Program-made: the position numbers and the translations under genes | NCBI GenBank assembly: GCA_946482005.1 | Contig: CAMLPV010000011.1 | Location: 7,276 to 71,275 of the forward strand | Length of the DNA stretch: 64,000 bases | DNA from: an uncultured Gilliamella sp. | GTDB taxonomy: Bacteria; Pseudomonadota; Gammaproteobacteria; Enterobacterales; Orbaceae | Reading direction: 5' to 3' | Notes under the pieces: generated by a model | What the model was told of the DNA's origin: nothing | Seen by the model: only the letters and a program-made list of their open reading frames with translations | Database searches by the model: none | Part shown: one piece after another, positions 1-10,821 of the stretch | How the letters are laid out: each line of letters begins with the position of its first letter | How positions within the stretch are numbered: position 1 is the first letter of the stretch

Positions 1-107
1 CGATTACGCCCACCATGCTCAATTCCGCCATCCATCACTAATGAATGACCACTTGCGGTTTCGCCTAAAAAACCAAAATCATCAATCCACTTTAAACGAT
101 CTTTCAT
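1..107 (-). CDS. OsmC/YhfA-family protein, N-terminal part (runs off window edge)
   Basis: Hand translation MKDRLKWIDDFGFLGETASGHSLVMDGG.. resembles the YhfA N-terminus; AAGGAG RBS upstream; not in ORF track. Confidence 0.75.
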   Translation of the reverse strand, partial: MKDRLKWIDDFGFLGETASGHSLVMDGGIEHGGRN

Positions 108-403
108 TTCTCACTCCTTTCAATTTAAATTTATCTTAAAACTTTTATCGATTAGGCTAAATAACATAAGATTTTTTAAGCACTATGTCATCTTTTAGCT
201 GATTACTTTGTTAATCAATTAAAACTTAGCGTTAATTATTTTGCTAATCGATTTCTCGTTATATATTAAACAACTCGGATAGAATAACCAAATTATTTGC
301 AACAACAATGAAACATATTTACAATCAATTGGCTAGCTATGATTTTTATTTTTGAAACAAATAGACAGGCTAATGACGTTATCCCATCTTAAGGATTAAA
401 AAT

Positions 404-1210
404 ATGATTTTTGAGTTTGTTATCTTCCTCATTATCGGTGCTGCGGCTGGTTTGCTTGCAGGTATGTTCGGCGTTGGTGGGGGAGCATTGATTGTACCGG
501 CTCTAATTTTTACGCTCAATTATTTCAATTTGGGGAACCATTGGACTCACCATATTGCTATAGCTTCATCGTTAGCGACAATTATTGGCACTAGTTTATC
601 ATCAAGTTGGACTCAAAATAAAAACAAAAACATTGAATGGTCAATTCTAAAAAAGATGGTAATAGGTTGCATTATCGGTACAATCGCCGGTTCTTACATG
701 ACCCCTTATATTCCAGGTATATGGTTAAAATGGCTATTTATCGTTTTTCTAATTTATGTTGGTAGTAAATTTATTTTTAAAACCAATAAAGTGATACAAA
801 ATCAAATATCTGAAGTAACTTCGTCGGGTAACAGTATTTTTATTGCTGTTGGTACATTAATTGGTGTTTTTGCTGCGCTGGTTGGTGTGGGTGGCGGTGT
901 ACTGGTTGTACCGTTTTTGAAAAAATGCGGAGTCGATATGCGTAAAGCAATTGGAACATCAGCTGCATTCACCTTACCCGTCGCTTTTGGTGGCACTATT
1001 GGTTACATTATTGCGGGTTGGAATATCCAAGAACTTCCTGAATATAGCTTAGGTTTTATCTATTTACCTGCGGTATTTTCAATTATGCTCACCAGTATAC
1101 CTATGGCAAAAGTCGGTGTGCAAATTTCCCAAAAATTACCAGTAAATAAACTGATTACCTATTTCGGTATTTTTTTATTAATGCTTGCAGTAAAGCTTAT
1201 TGTTTCCTAA
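404..1210 (+). CDS. TauE/SafE (TSUP) family sulfite exporter-like membrane protein
   Basis: Two repeats of the G-x-GGG motif (GMFGVGGG, ALVGVGGG), multiple TM helices. Confidence 0.85.
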   Translation: MIFEFVIFLIIGAAAGLLAGMFGVGGGALIVPALIFTLNYFNLGNHWTHHIAIASSLATIIGTSLSSSWTQNKNKNIEWSILKKMVIGCIIGTIAGSYMTPYIPGIWLKWLFIVFLIYVGSKFIFKTNKVIQNQISEVTSSGNSIFIAVGTLIGVFAALVGVGGGVLVVPFLKKCGVDMRKAIGTSAAFTLPVAFGGTIGYIIAGWNIQELPEYSLGFIYLPAVFSIMLTSIPMAKVGVQISQKLPVNKLITYFGIFLLMLAVKLIVS

Positions 1211-1343
1211 TTTTTTATTTTCATAATCATATAATTCAAAAAATTAGAAAATTAAAACTATCAAAAACAATTCTAAAATAACACTTTAAATTATAAATCA
1301 TTGTGTATTCTATCTCTTGAAATTTTAATTAGTATAACAAAAA

Positions 1344-1715
1344 TTACAAATATCGGTACGACTGAGGAGCAACAATGTTTTTTCCAAAATAGTTCAGAGA
1401 TTTAGGTTCATCATACAAAGTTACTTTGCCAACTGCGATAGCAAAGGCCAAGGATTTTTCTTCAAAATACTCATCATAAAAGCTTTTACTAACACCTGCA
1501 TATTTTTTGGTTTTTTCCCATACTAAATTTGGCTCATCGGAAATTACGTGATCTATATCAAATTCACCAACTACTTTTCCAATAGGCATCGTTGCGTAAA
1601 TTACAATAGTCTTAACGGATTGTCTTTTGAAAAGTTTTTTTCTAAACTCATATTTCTTTTCACCAGATAATATTTTTTCAACAAATTCTGGTTTAATTGA
1701 TAATAAAACTTTCAT
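1344..1715 (-). CDS. ASCH domain protein
   Basis: MKVLLSIKPEFVEKILSGEKKYEFRK = ASCH GxKxxExR motif; probable start 1715 overlaps upstream gene. Confidence 0.85.
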   Translation of the reverse strand: MKVLLSIKPEFVEKILSGEKKYEFRKKLFKRQSVKTIVIYATMPIGKVVGEFDIDHVISDEPNLVWEKTKKYAGVSKSFYDEYFEEKSLAFAIAVGKVTLYDEPKSLNYFGKNIVAPQSYRYL

Positions 1716-2763
1716 TGACATCACCTAATTTCAAAATTTTATCAAATTGTTTATCAGTAAGTTTTAAACATCCCCACCTTATTTCACTATCTAAGCCTAC
1801 TTCGTTAATAAGAGCTTTTCTATTTGGCCGATGTGATAAAGCAATATTATATGTAAACTTTATTACATAACAAGGAAAAGAAGTTTTGTAATGATTTTCA
1901 TCATACAACCTATTTAATTCTTCCGAAGTAAATACACTATATTTAGTACAATATTCAACATATTCTTTTTTATTAGAAAAAGTATACATTTGTCTTACTT
2001 CTTCAATAACACAAATTGATGTGGCAACAGAGGAGAAATATGCTTTTTTTCCTTCATCCGCTGTTCTATAAATTACAACAATATCTCCTTTTTTTAAATT
2101 ACCAATCGTTTGTATTTTAGAAATATAAACTTTATGAATACTGTTAGTATGGGATACATCATGAATTATTGAACTTGATTCTGTTGTTAAAATTGAGTCG
2201 GGGAAAAGTTGGGTGTGAAATTTGGGATATATAGCTAATAAATATTTATTATTATTCGTATTAATATAAGGATAATCTTTTTCCAAATCACCTGTAAATT
2301 GTCGTTTTTTTAGTAATACATTTTCAGAACCATTATCACTTTTTTTTACTCCAGCAGAGTGAAAACCATATCTTTTGAATAAATTAATTAAATAATCATG
2401 TTTATCAAAAATTGTTACATATATACCCATCACATTATTTACAATTGCGACATCAAATATTTTTTTTATAAAACGTTCACCCCGTAATGTACCTGCAGGA
2501 TTGAATTTAAAAGTACCAACTTTTAAGTAACAACCATCCATTAATGGGGGATTTATATCATCAATATTATTCTCTAATTTTAAATACATAAAACCATCAA
2601 TGGTTGAAAAATTATCATTGTAAAGAACAAAGGCTTTATCTTGTAATTGAACTTTTTTAAGCCACCAATTTATAAAACCATGCGAATAATCTTTCTTGAG
2701 TGTATCAAAAAAAGGGTCAGAAAAATCAATTTCTCCAAACTTTTGAATCTTTAAGTTATCCAT
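1693..2763 (-). CDS. GNAT N-acetyltransferase fused to C-terminal ASCH/PUA-like domain
   Basis: LKVGTFK..GTLRGERFIKK and LFKRYGF acetyl-CoA motifs; C-half IYPKFHTQLFP..LKKGDIVVIYRT. Confidence 0.7.
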   Translation of the reverse strand: MDNLKIQKFGEIDFSDPFFDTLKKDYSHGFINWWLKKVQLQDKAFVLYNDNFSTIDGFMYLKLENNIDDINPPLMDGCYLKVGTFKFNPAGTLRGERFIKKIFDVAIVNNVMGIYVTIFDKHDYLINLFKRYGFHSAGVKKSDNGSENVLLKKRQFTGDLEKDYPYINTNNNKYLLAIYPKFHTQLFPDSILTTESSSIIHDVSHTNSIHKVYISKIQTIGNLKKGDIVVIYRTADEGKKAYFSSVATSICVIEEVRQMYTFSNKKEYVEYCTKYSVFTSEELNRLYDENHYKTSFPCYVIKFTYNIALSHRPNRKALINEVGLDSEIRWGCLKLTDKQFDKILKLGDVNESFIIN

Positions 2764-2957
2764 ATTATTCCTTATTATTAAAATAATCTATTATAAGTAT
2801 CATTTTTTTATTTTTATATTTGATTATATAATAAACCATATATAACACTAAGATAATATTATAATTTCAAAAATTTTCGTTCTTGATCGGAAAATTTCCT
2901 ATTGTAGATAAAAATCTAATCTTCTGAAATTTTAATTAAGTGTTTTCGATAATCATT

Positions 2958-3386
2958 TGTGATGACAGAAAAGTTTAGTGAGTTCTTACTAATGATATTG
3001 ATATAACAGATAGTGTTGTAAAAATTATTCAGGAGTCTATACCATTTCAATTTTAAACAATTAAAAAGGTCGATAATTCGATTTTTTAATTAGGTTACGG
3101 AATATGCTAGGCATTATCACGCCTCTTTCACCACTAATTTTTTTGCCATACAGCCATAATAGGATGTGTGCGGTAGTTATAACATGTGATCACAGAGAAG
3201 TTTAGAGAGTTCTTAGAAATGATATTGGTATAACAGATAGTGTTGTAAAAATTATTCAGGAGTCTATACCATTTCAATTTTAAACAATTAAAAAGGCCGC
3301 TGATGCGACCTTTTGTTTAAGTTACGAAATATGCTAGGTATTATCGCGCCTCTTTCACAGCTAAGCCTAATTGCCATACGGCCATA
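2958..3386. repeat. Tandem ~200-bp direct repeat (2958-3158 and 3185-3386) covering mltB 3' end, terminator and downstream DNA
   Basis: 68-nt identical core at 3002-3069 and 3229-3296 (offset 227); the 2958-3158 copy is degenerate. Confidence 0.95.
3291..3314 (-). terminator. Probable intrinsic terminator of mltB
   Basis: aaaaggccgc-tgat-gcgacctttt hairpin with A/T tails. Confidence 0.6.
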
Positions 3387-4420
3387 GCATAATGCGTACT
3401 ATGATTGTATCGAGTGATGACATAAAAGTTTGGTAAGCCATACCAATATTGATAGCTATCGCCCATATCCAACCGCAATAAACTGACCTTATTATGGCCA
3501 TCTAATGAACTTTTTGGTTTTAGTCCTGCTTTAGCTAACGTTTCAACGGTGTATTTTGTACTAAAACCCGTATCAAGTGATAGCGCTTGACCATCGGCGA
3601 TAACCGCGACTTTTTTACCACTTTGCCAACCATGTGCTTTAAAGTAGTTAGCCACACTGCCGATTGCATCAACCGGATCCCACAGATCGATGTGTCCATC
3701 ATTGTTAAAATCGACAGCATGATTTCTGAACGCTGATGGCATAAATTGACCATATCCCATTGCCCCAGCGAATGATCCACTCAGATCAAATGGGTCAACG
3801 CTTTCATCACGGCACATAACTAAAAAGTGCTCTAACTCATCTGTAAAATATTGTGCTCGTCTTGGATAATAGAAAGCAAGAGTTGAGAGTGCATCAATGA
3901 TTTTGGTTTTACCCATCACTCGTCCCCAACCCGTTTCTACACCAATAATGCCCACAATAATTTCAGGTGGTACACCATATTGGTCATACGCTTGTTGTAA
4001 CTCTTTTTTATAATTATTCCAAAATTCTACCCCACGAGGTAAATTACTTGGCGTGATAAATTTGTTTTTATAACGGATCCATGCACCATTAGGTTTAGAT
4101 ACTGTAGAAGAACCTGATGTTGGCGCTTGCTTATCCATTAAATTAATTACCCAGTCAAGTTTGTTGGTTTGCGAAAGTACTTCGCGTAATTGCTCACGAT
4201 TAAATCCATGTTTATTGACCATTCTGGTAATAAAATTTTCTTGATCAACAGCCAACGGCTCGCTGTTGTTTTTTGGAGGATTGTGTTCTTCTTCTAAATA
4301 GACCCCCCCTTCGACATTAGGGTGTCCGCGATGTTCTTGCATAGGCGATATTGAAGATTTCTCACTACCACAAGCTGTAAGCAACAATATTATATTAATT
4401 AGAATGATGATTCGCTGCAT
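3341..4420 (-). CDS. mltB: Lytic murein transglycosylase B (lipoprotein)
   Basis: Lipobox LTAC; IIGVET, GSFAGAMGYGQFMPS, YNHSTHYAMAV motifs. Confidence 0.95.
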   Translation of the reverse strand: MQRIIILINIILLLTACGSEKSSISPMQEHRGHPNVEGGVYLEEEHNPPKNNSEPLAVDQENFITRMVNKHGFNREQLREVLSQTNKLDWVINLMDKQAPTSGSSTVSKPNGAWIRYKNKFITPSNLPRGVEFWNNYKKELQQAYDQYGVPPEIIVGIIGVETGWGRVMGKTKIIDALSTLAFYYPRRAQYFTDELEHFLVMCRDESVDPFDLSGSFAGAMGYGQFMPSAFRNHAVDFNNDGHIDLWDPVDAIGSVANYFKAHGWQSGKKVAVIADGQALSLDTGFSTKYTVETLAKAGLKPKSSLDGHNKVSLLRLDMGDSYQYWYGLPNFYVITRYNHSTHYAMAVWQLGLAVKEAR

Positions 4421-4470
4421 ATAAAACCTATATTTTATGTTATTAAAAAATCGGCGACATCTTAAAGTAT

Positions 4471-5478
4471 TTATTGTTTTTCAACAATATTTGAACAAAT
4501 TTTTCCTTCAACAATCTGTCTGATATTATTTAAAGTCGTATCAGAAATATTTAACAAGGCTTCTTGGGTTAAAAATGCCTGATGTCCAGTAAAGATAACA
4601 TTATGACATGATGATAAGCGACGAAATACGTCATCTAATATTACATCATTTGATTTATCTTCAAAAAATAGATCGCGTTCGTTTTCATATACATCCATAC
4701 CTAGAGCGCCGATTTTGGTTTGTTTTAATGCATCAATAGCGGCTGTAGCATCCAGTAATGCTCCTCGACTGGTATTAATAATCATGACGCCATCTTTCAT
4801 TTTTTGGAAAGATTCTTTATTCAGTAAGTGATAATTTTCTGGTGTCATTGGACAATGCAATGTGATGATATCCGATTTGGCATAAAGTTCGTCTAATTCG
4901 ACATATTGTGCGCCAAGTTCGACAACAATGTCATTTGGATATGGATCATAAGCTAAGATATGCATGCCAAAACCTTTTAAGATGCGAATCGCTGCTTGTC
5001 CAATTTTACCTGTGCCAATCACGCCAGCAGTGCGATTGTGCATATTAAAGCCAGTTAATCCATCTAAAGAAAAATTAGCATCGCGTGTGCGTTGATAAGC
5101 CTTATGGGTACGGCGATTAAGAGTCATCATTAACGCAACTGCATGTTCAGCAACCGCTTCAGGTGAATAAGCGGGTACACGCACAACGGTAATACCTAAT
5201 TTTTTTGCCTCAGCAAGATCAACATTATCGAATCCCGCACAACGTAATGCTAGAATTTTTATGCCATATTCAGCCAATTTGTGTAAAACTTTTTTATCAA
5301 CCTCATCATTCACAAATACACAAACTGCATCATAACCTTGCGCAGTAACCACCGTTTTTGGGCTTAATTTGTGTTCATAATATTCGATATCGAAACCAAA
5401 TTTTTTATTGGCGATTTCAAGATGCTCTTTGTCATAATGTTTACTACTGAATACAGCAATTTTTGTTGGATTTTTCAT
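4471..5478 (-). CDS. ldhA: D-lactate dehydrogenase
   Basis: LRCAGFDNVD, GTGKIG, INTSRG, TGHQAF; probable start MKNPTKIAVF at 5478. Confidence 0.92.
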   Translation of the reverse strand: MKNPTKIAVFSSKHYDKEHLEIANKKFGFDIEYYEHKLSPKTVVTAQGYDAVCVFVNDEVDKKVLHKLAEYGIKILALRCAGFDNVDLAEAKKLGITVVRVPAYSPEAVAEHAVALMMTLNRRTHKAYQRTRDANFSLDGLTGFNMHNRTAGVIGTGKIGQAAIRILKGFGMHILAYDPYPNDIVVELGAQYVELDELYAKSDIITLHCPMTPENYHLLNKESFQKMKDGVMIINTSRGALLDATAAIDALKQTKIGALGMDVYENERDLFFEDKSNDVILDDVFRRLSSCHNVIFTGHQAFLTQEALLNISDTTLNNIRQIVEGKICSNIVEKQ

Positions 5479-5741
5479 ATTATCACACCCCTTTGAATGG
5501 TGATTAGTTGATCTATTAATCGGTCGTTTTCTTTGATGCTTGATTAATAACAGCGTTTTGAAGCATTTTCTTGTATGCTCCAAATAAGTGAAGTTTTTAT
5601 TTCAAAACATCCATTGTCACAATTTTCCTACTTTAGAATCAGGCTTGAGATAATCCGTTTTATCTTGGCTTGCAGAATTATTTTTTATAGTTGTATGCTA
5701 TGATAACACTTTGCGAAAAAACTAATCAATAAAGTTAAAGA

Positions 5742-7004
5742 ATGACTAATGAGCAAAATTCACTTATAAAAACAATTTTTACCGAAAAAATGCTAATCTG
5801 TATTTTTACTGGATTTGCATCTGGTTTACCTTTTTATTTGTTGTTGCAATTATTACCTGCTTGGTTAGAAAGCGAAGGTATCAATATCAAAACAATTGGC
5901 GCGTTTTCGTTAACACAATTTCCCTATATTTTGAAATTTGTCTGGGCGCCATTTATGGACAATATTTCGCTTTTCAATATAGGTAGAAGACGAGGATGGA
6001 TGCTTGCTTCGCAAATTGTATTAGTATTCTTTATCACAATTTTAGGTTTTTTCTCGCCTACATTAAACATTTGGGTAATCGCTGCTATCTGTTTTATTAT
6101 TGCTCTATTTTCAGCCACACAAGATATTGCCCTTGATGCATTTAGGCGAGAATTACTCTTAGATAACGAACAGGGACTTGGCAACAGTATTCATACCAAT
6201 GCTTATCGTGTTGCTGGTTTAGTACCCGGTTCGCTATCATTAATTTTATCCAACTATCTACCTTGGAACAGTGTTTTTATTATTACTGGGCTATTTATGT
6301 TACCAGCAATTATTATGACATTGAAAGTTAAAGAGCCTATCAATCAAGCGCCAAAAAACCATAGTATTGAAGATATCATCATTAAGCCATTTAGTGAATT
6401 TATTAATCGTCAAGGTATAAAAAGTGCACTCACGATTTTGGCTTTTATCTTCCTTTATAAATTGGGTGACAGTATGGCAACCTCACTAGCAACTCCTTTT
6501 TATTTACAGATGGGTTTTAGCCGTTTGGATATTGGCTGGATTGCTAAAAATGCATCATTATGGCCAAGTGTATTTGGTGCATTAATGGGCGGCATATTGA
6601 TGATCAAAATTGGGATTAATCGTGCACTTTGGCTATTTGGTTTTGTACAAGTTATTTCTATTTTAGGGTTTGCATGGTTGTCTGTTGAAGGTCCATTTAC
6701 TGAAATTACCTACCACGCTAAAATTTTATTAGCTTTAGTGATTAGCTTTGAAGCGTTAGGCGTTGGGCTAGGATCAGCAGCCTTTGTAGCTTTTATAGCA
6801 AAAACAACTAATCCCCTTTATACAGCAACACAATTTGCATTATTTACAAGTATTGCTTCTATCCCAAGAACATTAATTAATGCCACTACAGGCATTATGG
6901 TTAATTATTTAGGATGGACAACTTTCTTTGGTTTATGTACGGTTCTTGCCATACCTGGTATGTTACTATTATTAAAAGTTGCCCCATGGAATACAAAAGA
7001 ATAG
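5742..7004 (+). CDS. ampG: Muropeptide MFS permease
   Basis: GFASGLP, KFVWAPFMD, GRRRGW, SATQDIALDA, YTATQFAL motifs. Confidence 0.9.
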   Translation: MTNEQNSLIKTIFTEKMLICIFTGFASGLPFYLLLQLLPAWLESEGINIKTIGAFSLTQFPYILKFVWAPFMDNISLFNIGRRRGWMLASQIVLVFFITILGFFSPTLNIWVIAAICFIIALFSATQDIALDAFRRELLLDNEQGLGNSIHTNAYRVAGLVPGSLSLILSNYLPWNSVFIITGLFMLPAIIMTLKVKEPINQAPKNHSIEDIIIKPFSEFINRQGIKSALTILAFIFLYKLGDSMATSLATPFYLQMGFSRLDIGWIAKNASLWPSVFGALMGGILMIKIGINRALWLFGFVQVISILGFAWLSVEGPFTEITYHAKILLALVISFEALGVGLGSAAFVAFIAKTTNPLYTATQFALFTSIASIPRTLINATTGIMVNYLGWTTFFGLCTVLAIPGMLLLLKVAPWNTKE

Positions 7005-7012
7005 GAGAAAAC

Positions 7013-7669
7013 ATGGATAAATTAACACAAGCCTTATATTTTCGACACGCATGTAAAAAATTTGACGAAACAAAAAAGATTGATCCTGCTGAAATTGAAT
7101 ATATTTTAGATGCAGGTCGCTTATCCCCTTCAGCATTTGGACTTGAGCCTTGGCATTTTGTGGTGGTTGACAGCTCTAAAATTAAAAGCGAATTATCTGA
7201 GGCTTGTTTCAAACAAGAGCAAGTCACCAGTTGCTCACATTATGTAATTGTACTTTATCGTAAATCAAACAGTTTTTCGGTACAAAGTGAGTATTTCCGT
7301 AAGGCGATTGCACGTACATTACCTGATCCAGATGATCAAAATTGTATTGATACTACGTGTCAATCAAGGCTCAATTTTTATGAAAATGGTTTAGCCAGCG
7401 GCCTAACTATGAATCATTCATTAGAAATGCAGGCTTATCTAGCTTGTGCCAATATGCTCACAGCCGCCGCTTATCATAATATCGATTCCTGTGCGATTGG
7501 TGGATTTCAACATGATGGTGTTATTAAAATTTTAGAAAATCACATACCGTCATTTAGTGGTGAAAATTTCGGTGTAGCACTTTGTTTAGCATTTGGTTAT
7601 CGCATCAATGAACCAACACCTAAAATACGTTGGCCACTCAAGGATATCACCACATATCTATCTGAATAA
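7013..7669 (+). CDS. Nitroreductase family protein
   Basis: RHACKKFD, LSPSAFGLEPW, IDSCAIGGF; AGGAG RBS before ATG 7013. Confidence 0.88.
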   Translation: MDKLTQALYFRHACKKFDETKKIDPAEIEYILDAGRLSPSAFGLEPWHFVVVDSSKIKSELSEACFKQEQVTSCSHYVIVLYRKSNSFSVQSEYFRKAIARTLPDPDDQNCIDTTCQSRLNFYENGLASGLTMNHSLEMQAYLACANMLTAAAYHNIDSCAIGGFQHDGVIKILENHIPSFSGENFGVALCLAFGYRINEPTPKIRWPLKDITTYLSE

Positions 7670-7683
7670 ATATAAACTGTCTA

Positions 7684-7712
7684 TTGCTTTATGCCTCAAA
7701 GGCGTAAAGCAA
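7684..7712 (+). terminator. Hairpin/terminator after nitroreductase
   Basis: ttgctttatgcct-caa-aggcgtaaagcaa. Confidence 0.55.
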
Positions 7713-8089
7713 CAATAAGATTAATGGTTACTTAACCAATAACGCTCCAAGACCGTTTTTAATTTAATCCTACCTAAACAAATGTTTAAAAGAAGATAGC
7801 GATTTAGTAAATTGTTCCGCCTTTTGGTATTATACGCTTTATATTTTTCTCATTTATTTTTTATACAACTTCTAAATTTTTCATGAGCAATCTATTCATC
7901 TTTCTTTTTTATAAACAAATCGATAATTTAAATTCATTTATTAATTGTCTTTAAAAATTAAGTGAACAATAAAAAAAGATAACTTTTGCCAACTGTTGAA
8001 AAAATATCTTATCGTCATTACCTATCACTATAATAATCAATTTTTTTGCACTATAAAGATTGATAATGTTAGACTTAACAAATTATTAA

Positions 8090-9091
<1,002 letters not shown>

Positions 9092-9105
9092 ACTAAAATA
9101 TCATC

Positions 9106-10821
9106 ATGTCACTAGATAAAAAACGTCAAACTTATCTACTTGGCTGGTTGAAACAGCATGCAAAAATGCATAAAGCAGATTTGCGTGCTTCTGCTTTAAC
9201 TGGTTTTGCATTGACTTTATTGGTTATTATGCAAGCGGCTCTACTCGCAGTTATTTTACAAAAACTGATTATTGAGCAACAACATTTTGTCGATATCCTA
9301 CCTTACTTTGCTTCACTTATTATTATTTTATTAGGTAGAGCGCTGTTAATGTATGTGCGCGAAAAGATCAACTTTGCACTAGGAAAAAAGGTACGAAAGC
9401 AAATTCGTAATGACTTAATTAATCAACTTGAAGCTTATGGCCCTGCTTATTTAAATCAAAGTACTACGGGCGCTTGGAGTACGTTACTTATAGAGCAAGT
9501 AGAAAATCTGCATGACTTTTTTGCTCGTTATCTGCCACAAATGCGTTTAGTCAGTATCGTCCCAATTTTAATTTGCATTGCTATTTTACCGTTTAACTGG
9601 GCAGCAGCCGCTATCTTGTTATGTACTGCTCCACTGATTCCAATCTTTATGATTTTAGTTGGTATGGGCGCAGCAGATATTAACCGTCGTCATTTTAAAG
9701 CTCTGGCATATTTAAGTGGTCACTTTTTAGATCGCTTAAAAGGACTTAATACTATCCGTCTATTTAATCAAGGAGAAAAACAAGCCAACGAAATTGCTCA
9801 AGCATCCGAAGACTTTCGCGTTAAAACCATGCAAGTATTAAAAATGGCTTTTTTATCCTCAGCTGTGTTGGAATTTTTTACGTCAATTTCGATCGCCATC
9901 GTAGCGGTGTATTTTGGTTTTTCGTATTTAGGGGAATTTAATTTCGGTTCATATAATGGTATTATGACCTTATTTGCGGGTTTTTTTACGTTAATTTTAG
10001 CTCCCGAATATTTTCAACCATTACGCGATTTAGGAACTTACTACCATGCCAAAGCTGAAGCCATTGCAGCTGCGGACAATATTGAAGCTTTTTTAAGTAA
10101 AGATGTCTTGTTAAATCAAGCTCACCATGATGCCAACCCAATTCAAATCAATCAACCATTACATACTATTGAAGCAAGTGACTTGATTGTACTGTCTAGC
10201 GAACAGCAACCCATTGTTGGACCATTATCATTCACTTTACAAACACCTTTTAAATTAGCTTTAGTCGGTAAAAGTGGTGAAGGTAAAACTTCGTTAATGC
10301 AAGTTTTGCTTGGCTTTTTACCTTATCAGGGTTCATTGAAGATTAATGGGATCGAATTTAATCAATTAGATATTACCCATTGGCAACAACAAATCAGTTG
10401 GATCGGACAGAGTCCTTATCTTATTAATGGCTCAGTACGTGAAAATATTTTATTAGGAAAACCGAATGCTTCTGATGATGAAATTGAAACTGTAATTGCC
10501 AAAACCCAGTTAGTGTCTGTTATTGATAAATTACCTCAAGGATTAGATACCCAAGTAGGTGAAGACGCAGTGCGTTTGTCAGTCGGACAAGCTCAACGTG
10601 TAGCAATCGCTCGAGCAATGTTAAAACCATGTCAATTGCTCATTCTTGATGAGCCTACAGCAAGCCTAGATAGACATACCATGCAAAATATAGATCAACA
10701 ACATATTGCACCAAATACAATTACCATAACCCATCAAACCGATGATATGCATATTTATAACCAAGTTTGGCAGTTAGCAGATGGTCAGTTACATTGTGAT
10801 AGCAAGGAGGATTTATGTTAG
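9106..10821 (+). CDS. cydD: Thiol reductant ABC exporter subunit CydD
   Basis: ABC TM plus NBD, LSVGQAQR, follows trxB. Confidence 0.93.
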   Translation: MSLDKKRQTYLLGWLKQHAKMHKADLRASALTGFALTLLVIMQAALLAVILQKLIIEQQHFVDILPYFASLIIILLGRALLMYVREKINFALGKKVRKQIRNDLINQLEAYGPAYLNQSTTGAWSTLLIEQVENLHDFFARYLPQMRLVSIVPILICIAILPFNWAAAAILLCTAPLIPIFMILVGMGAADINRRHFKALAYLSGHFLDRLKGLNTIRLFNQGEKQANEIAQASEDFRVKTMQVLKMAFLSSAVLEFFTSISIAIVAVYFGFSYLGEFNFGSYNGIMTLFAGFFTLILAPEYFQPLRDLGTYYHAKAEAIAAADNIEAFLSKDVLLNQAHHDANPIQINQPLHTIEASDLIVLSSEQQPIVGPLSFTLQTPFKLALVGKSGEGKTSLMQVLLGFLPYQGSLKINGIEFNQLDITHWQQQISWIGQSPYLINGSVRENILLGKPNASDDEIETVIAKTQLVSVIDKLPQGLDTQVGEDAVRLSVGQAQRVAIARAMLKPCQLLILDEPTASLDRHTMQNIDQQHIAPNTITITHQTDDMHIYNQVWQLADGQLHCDSKEDLC

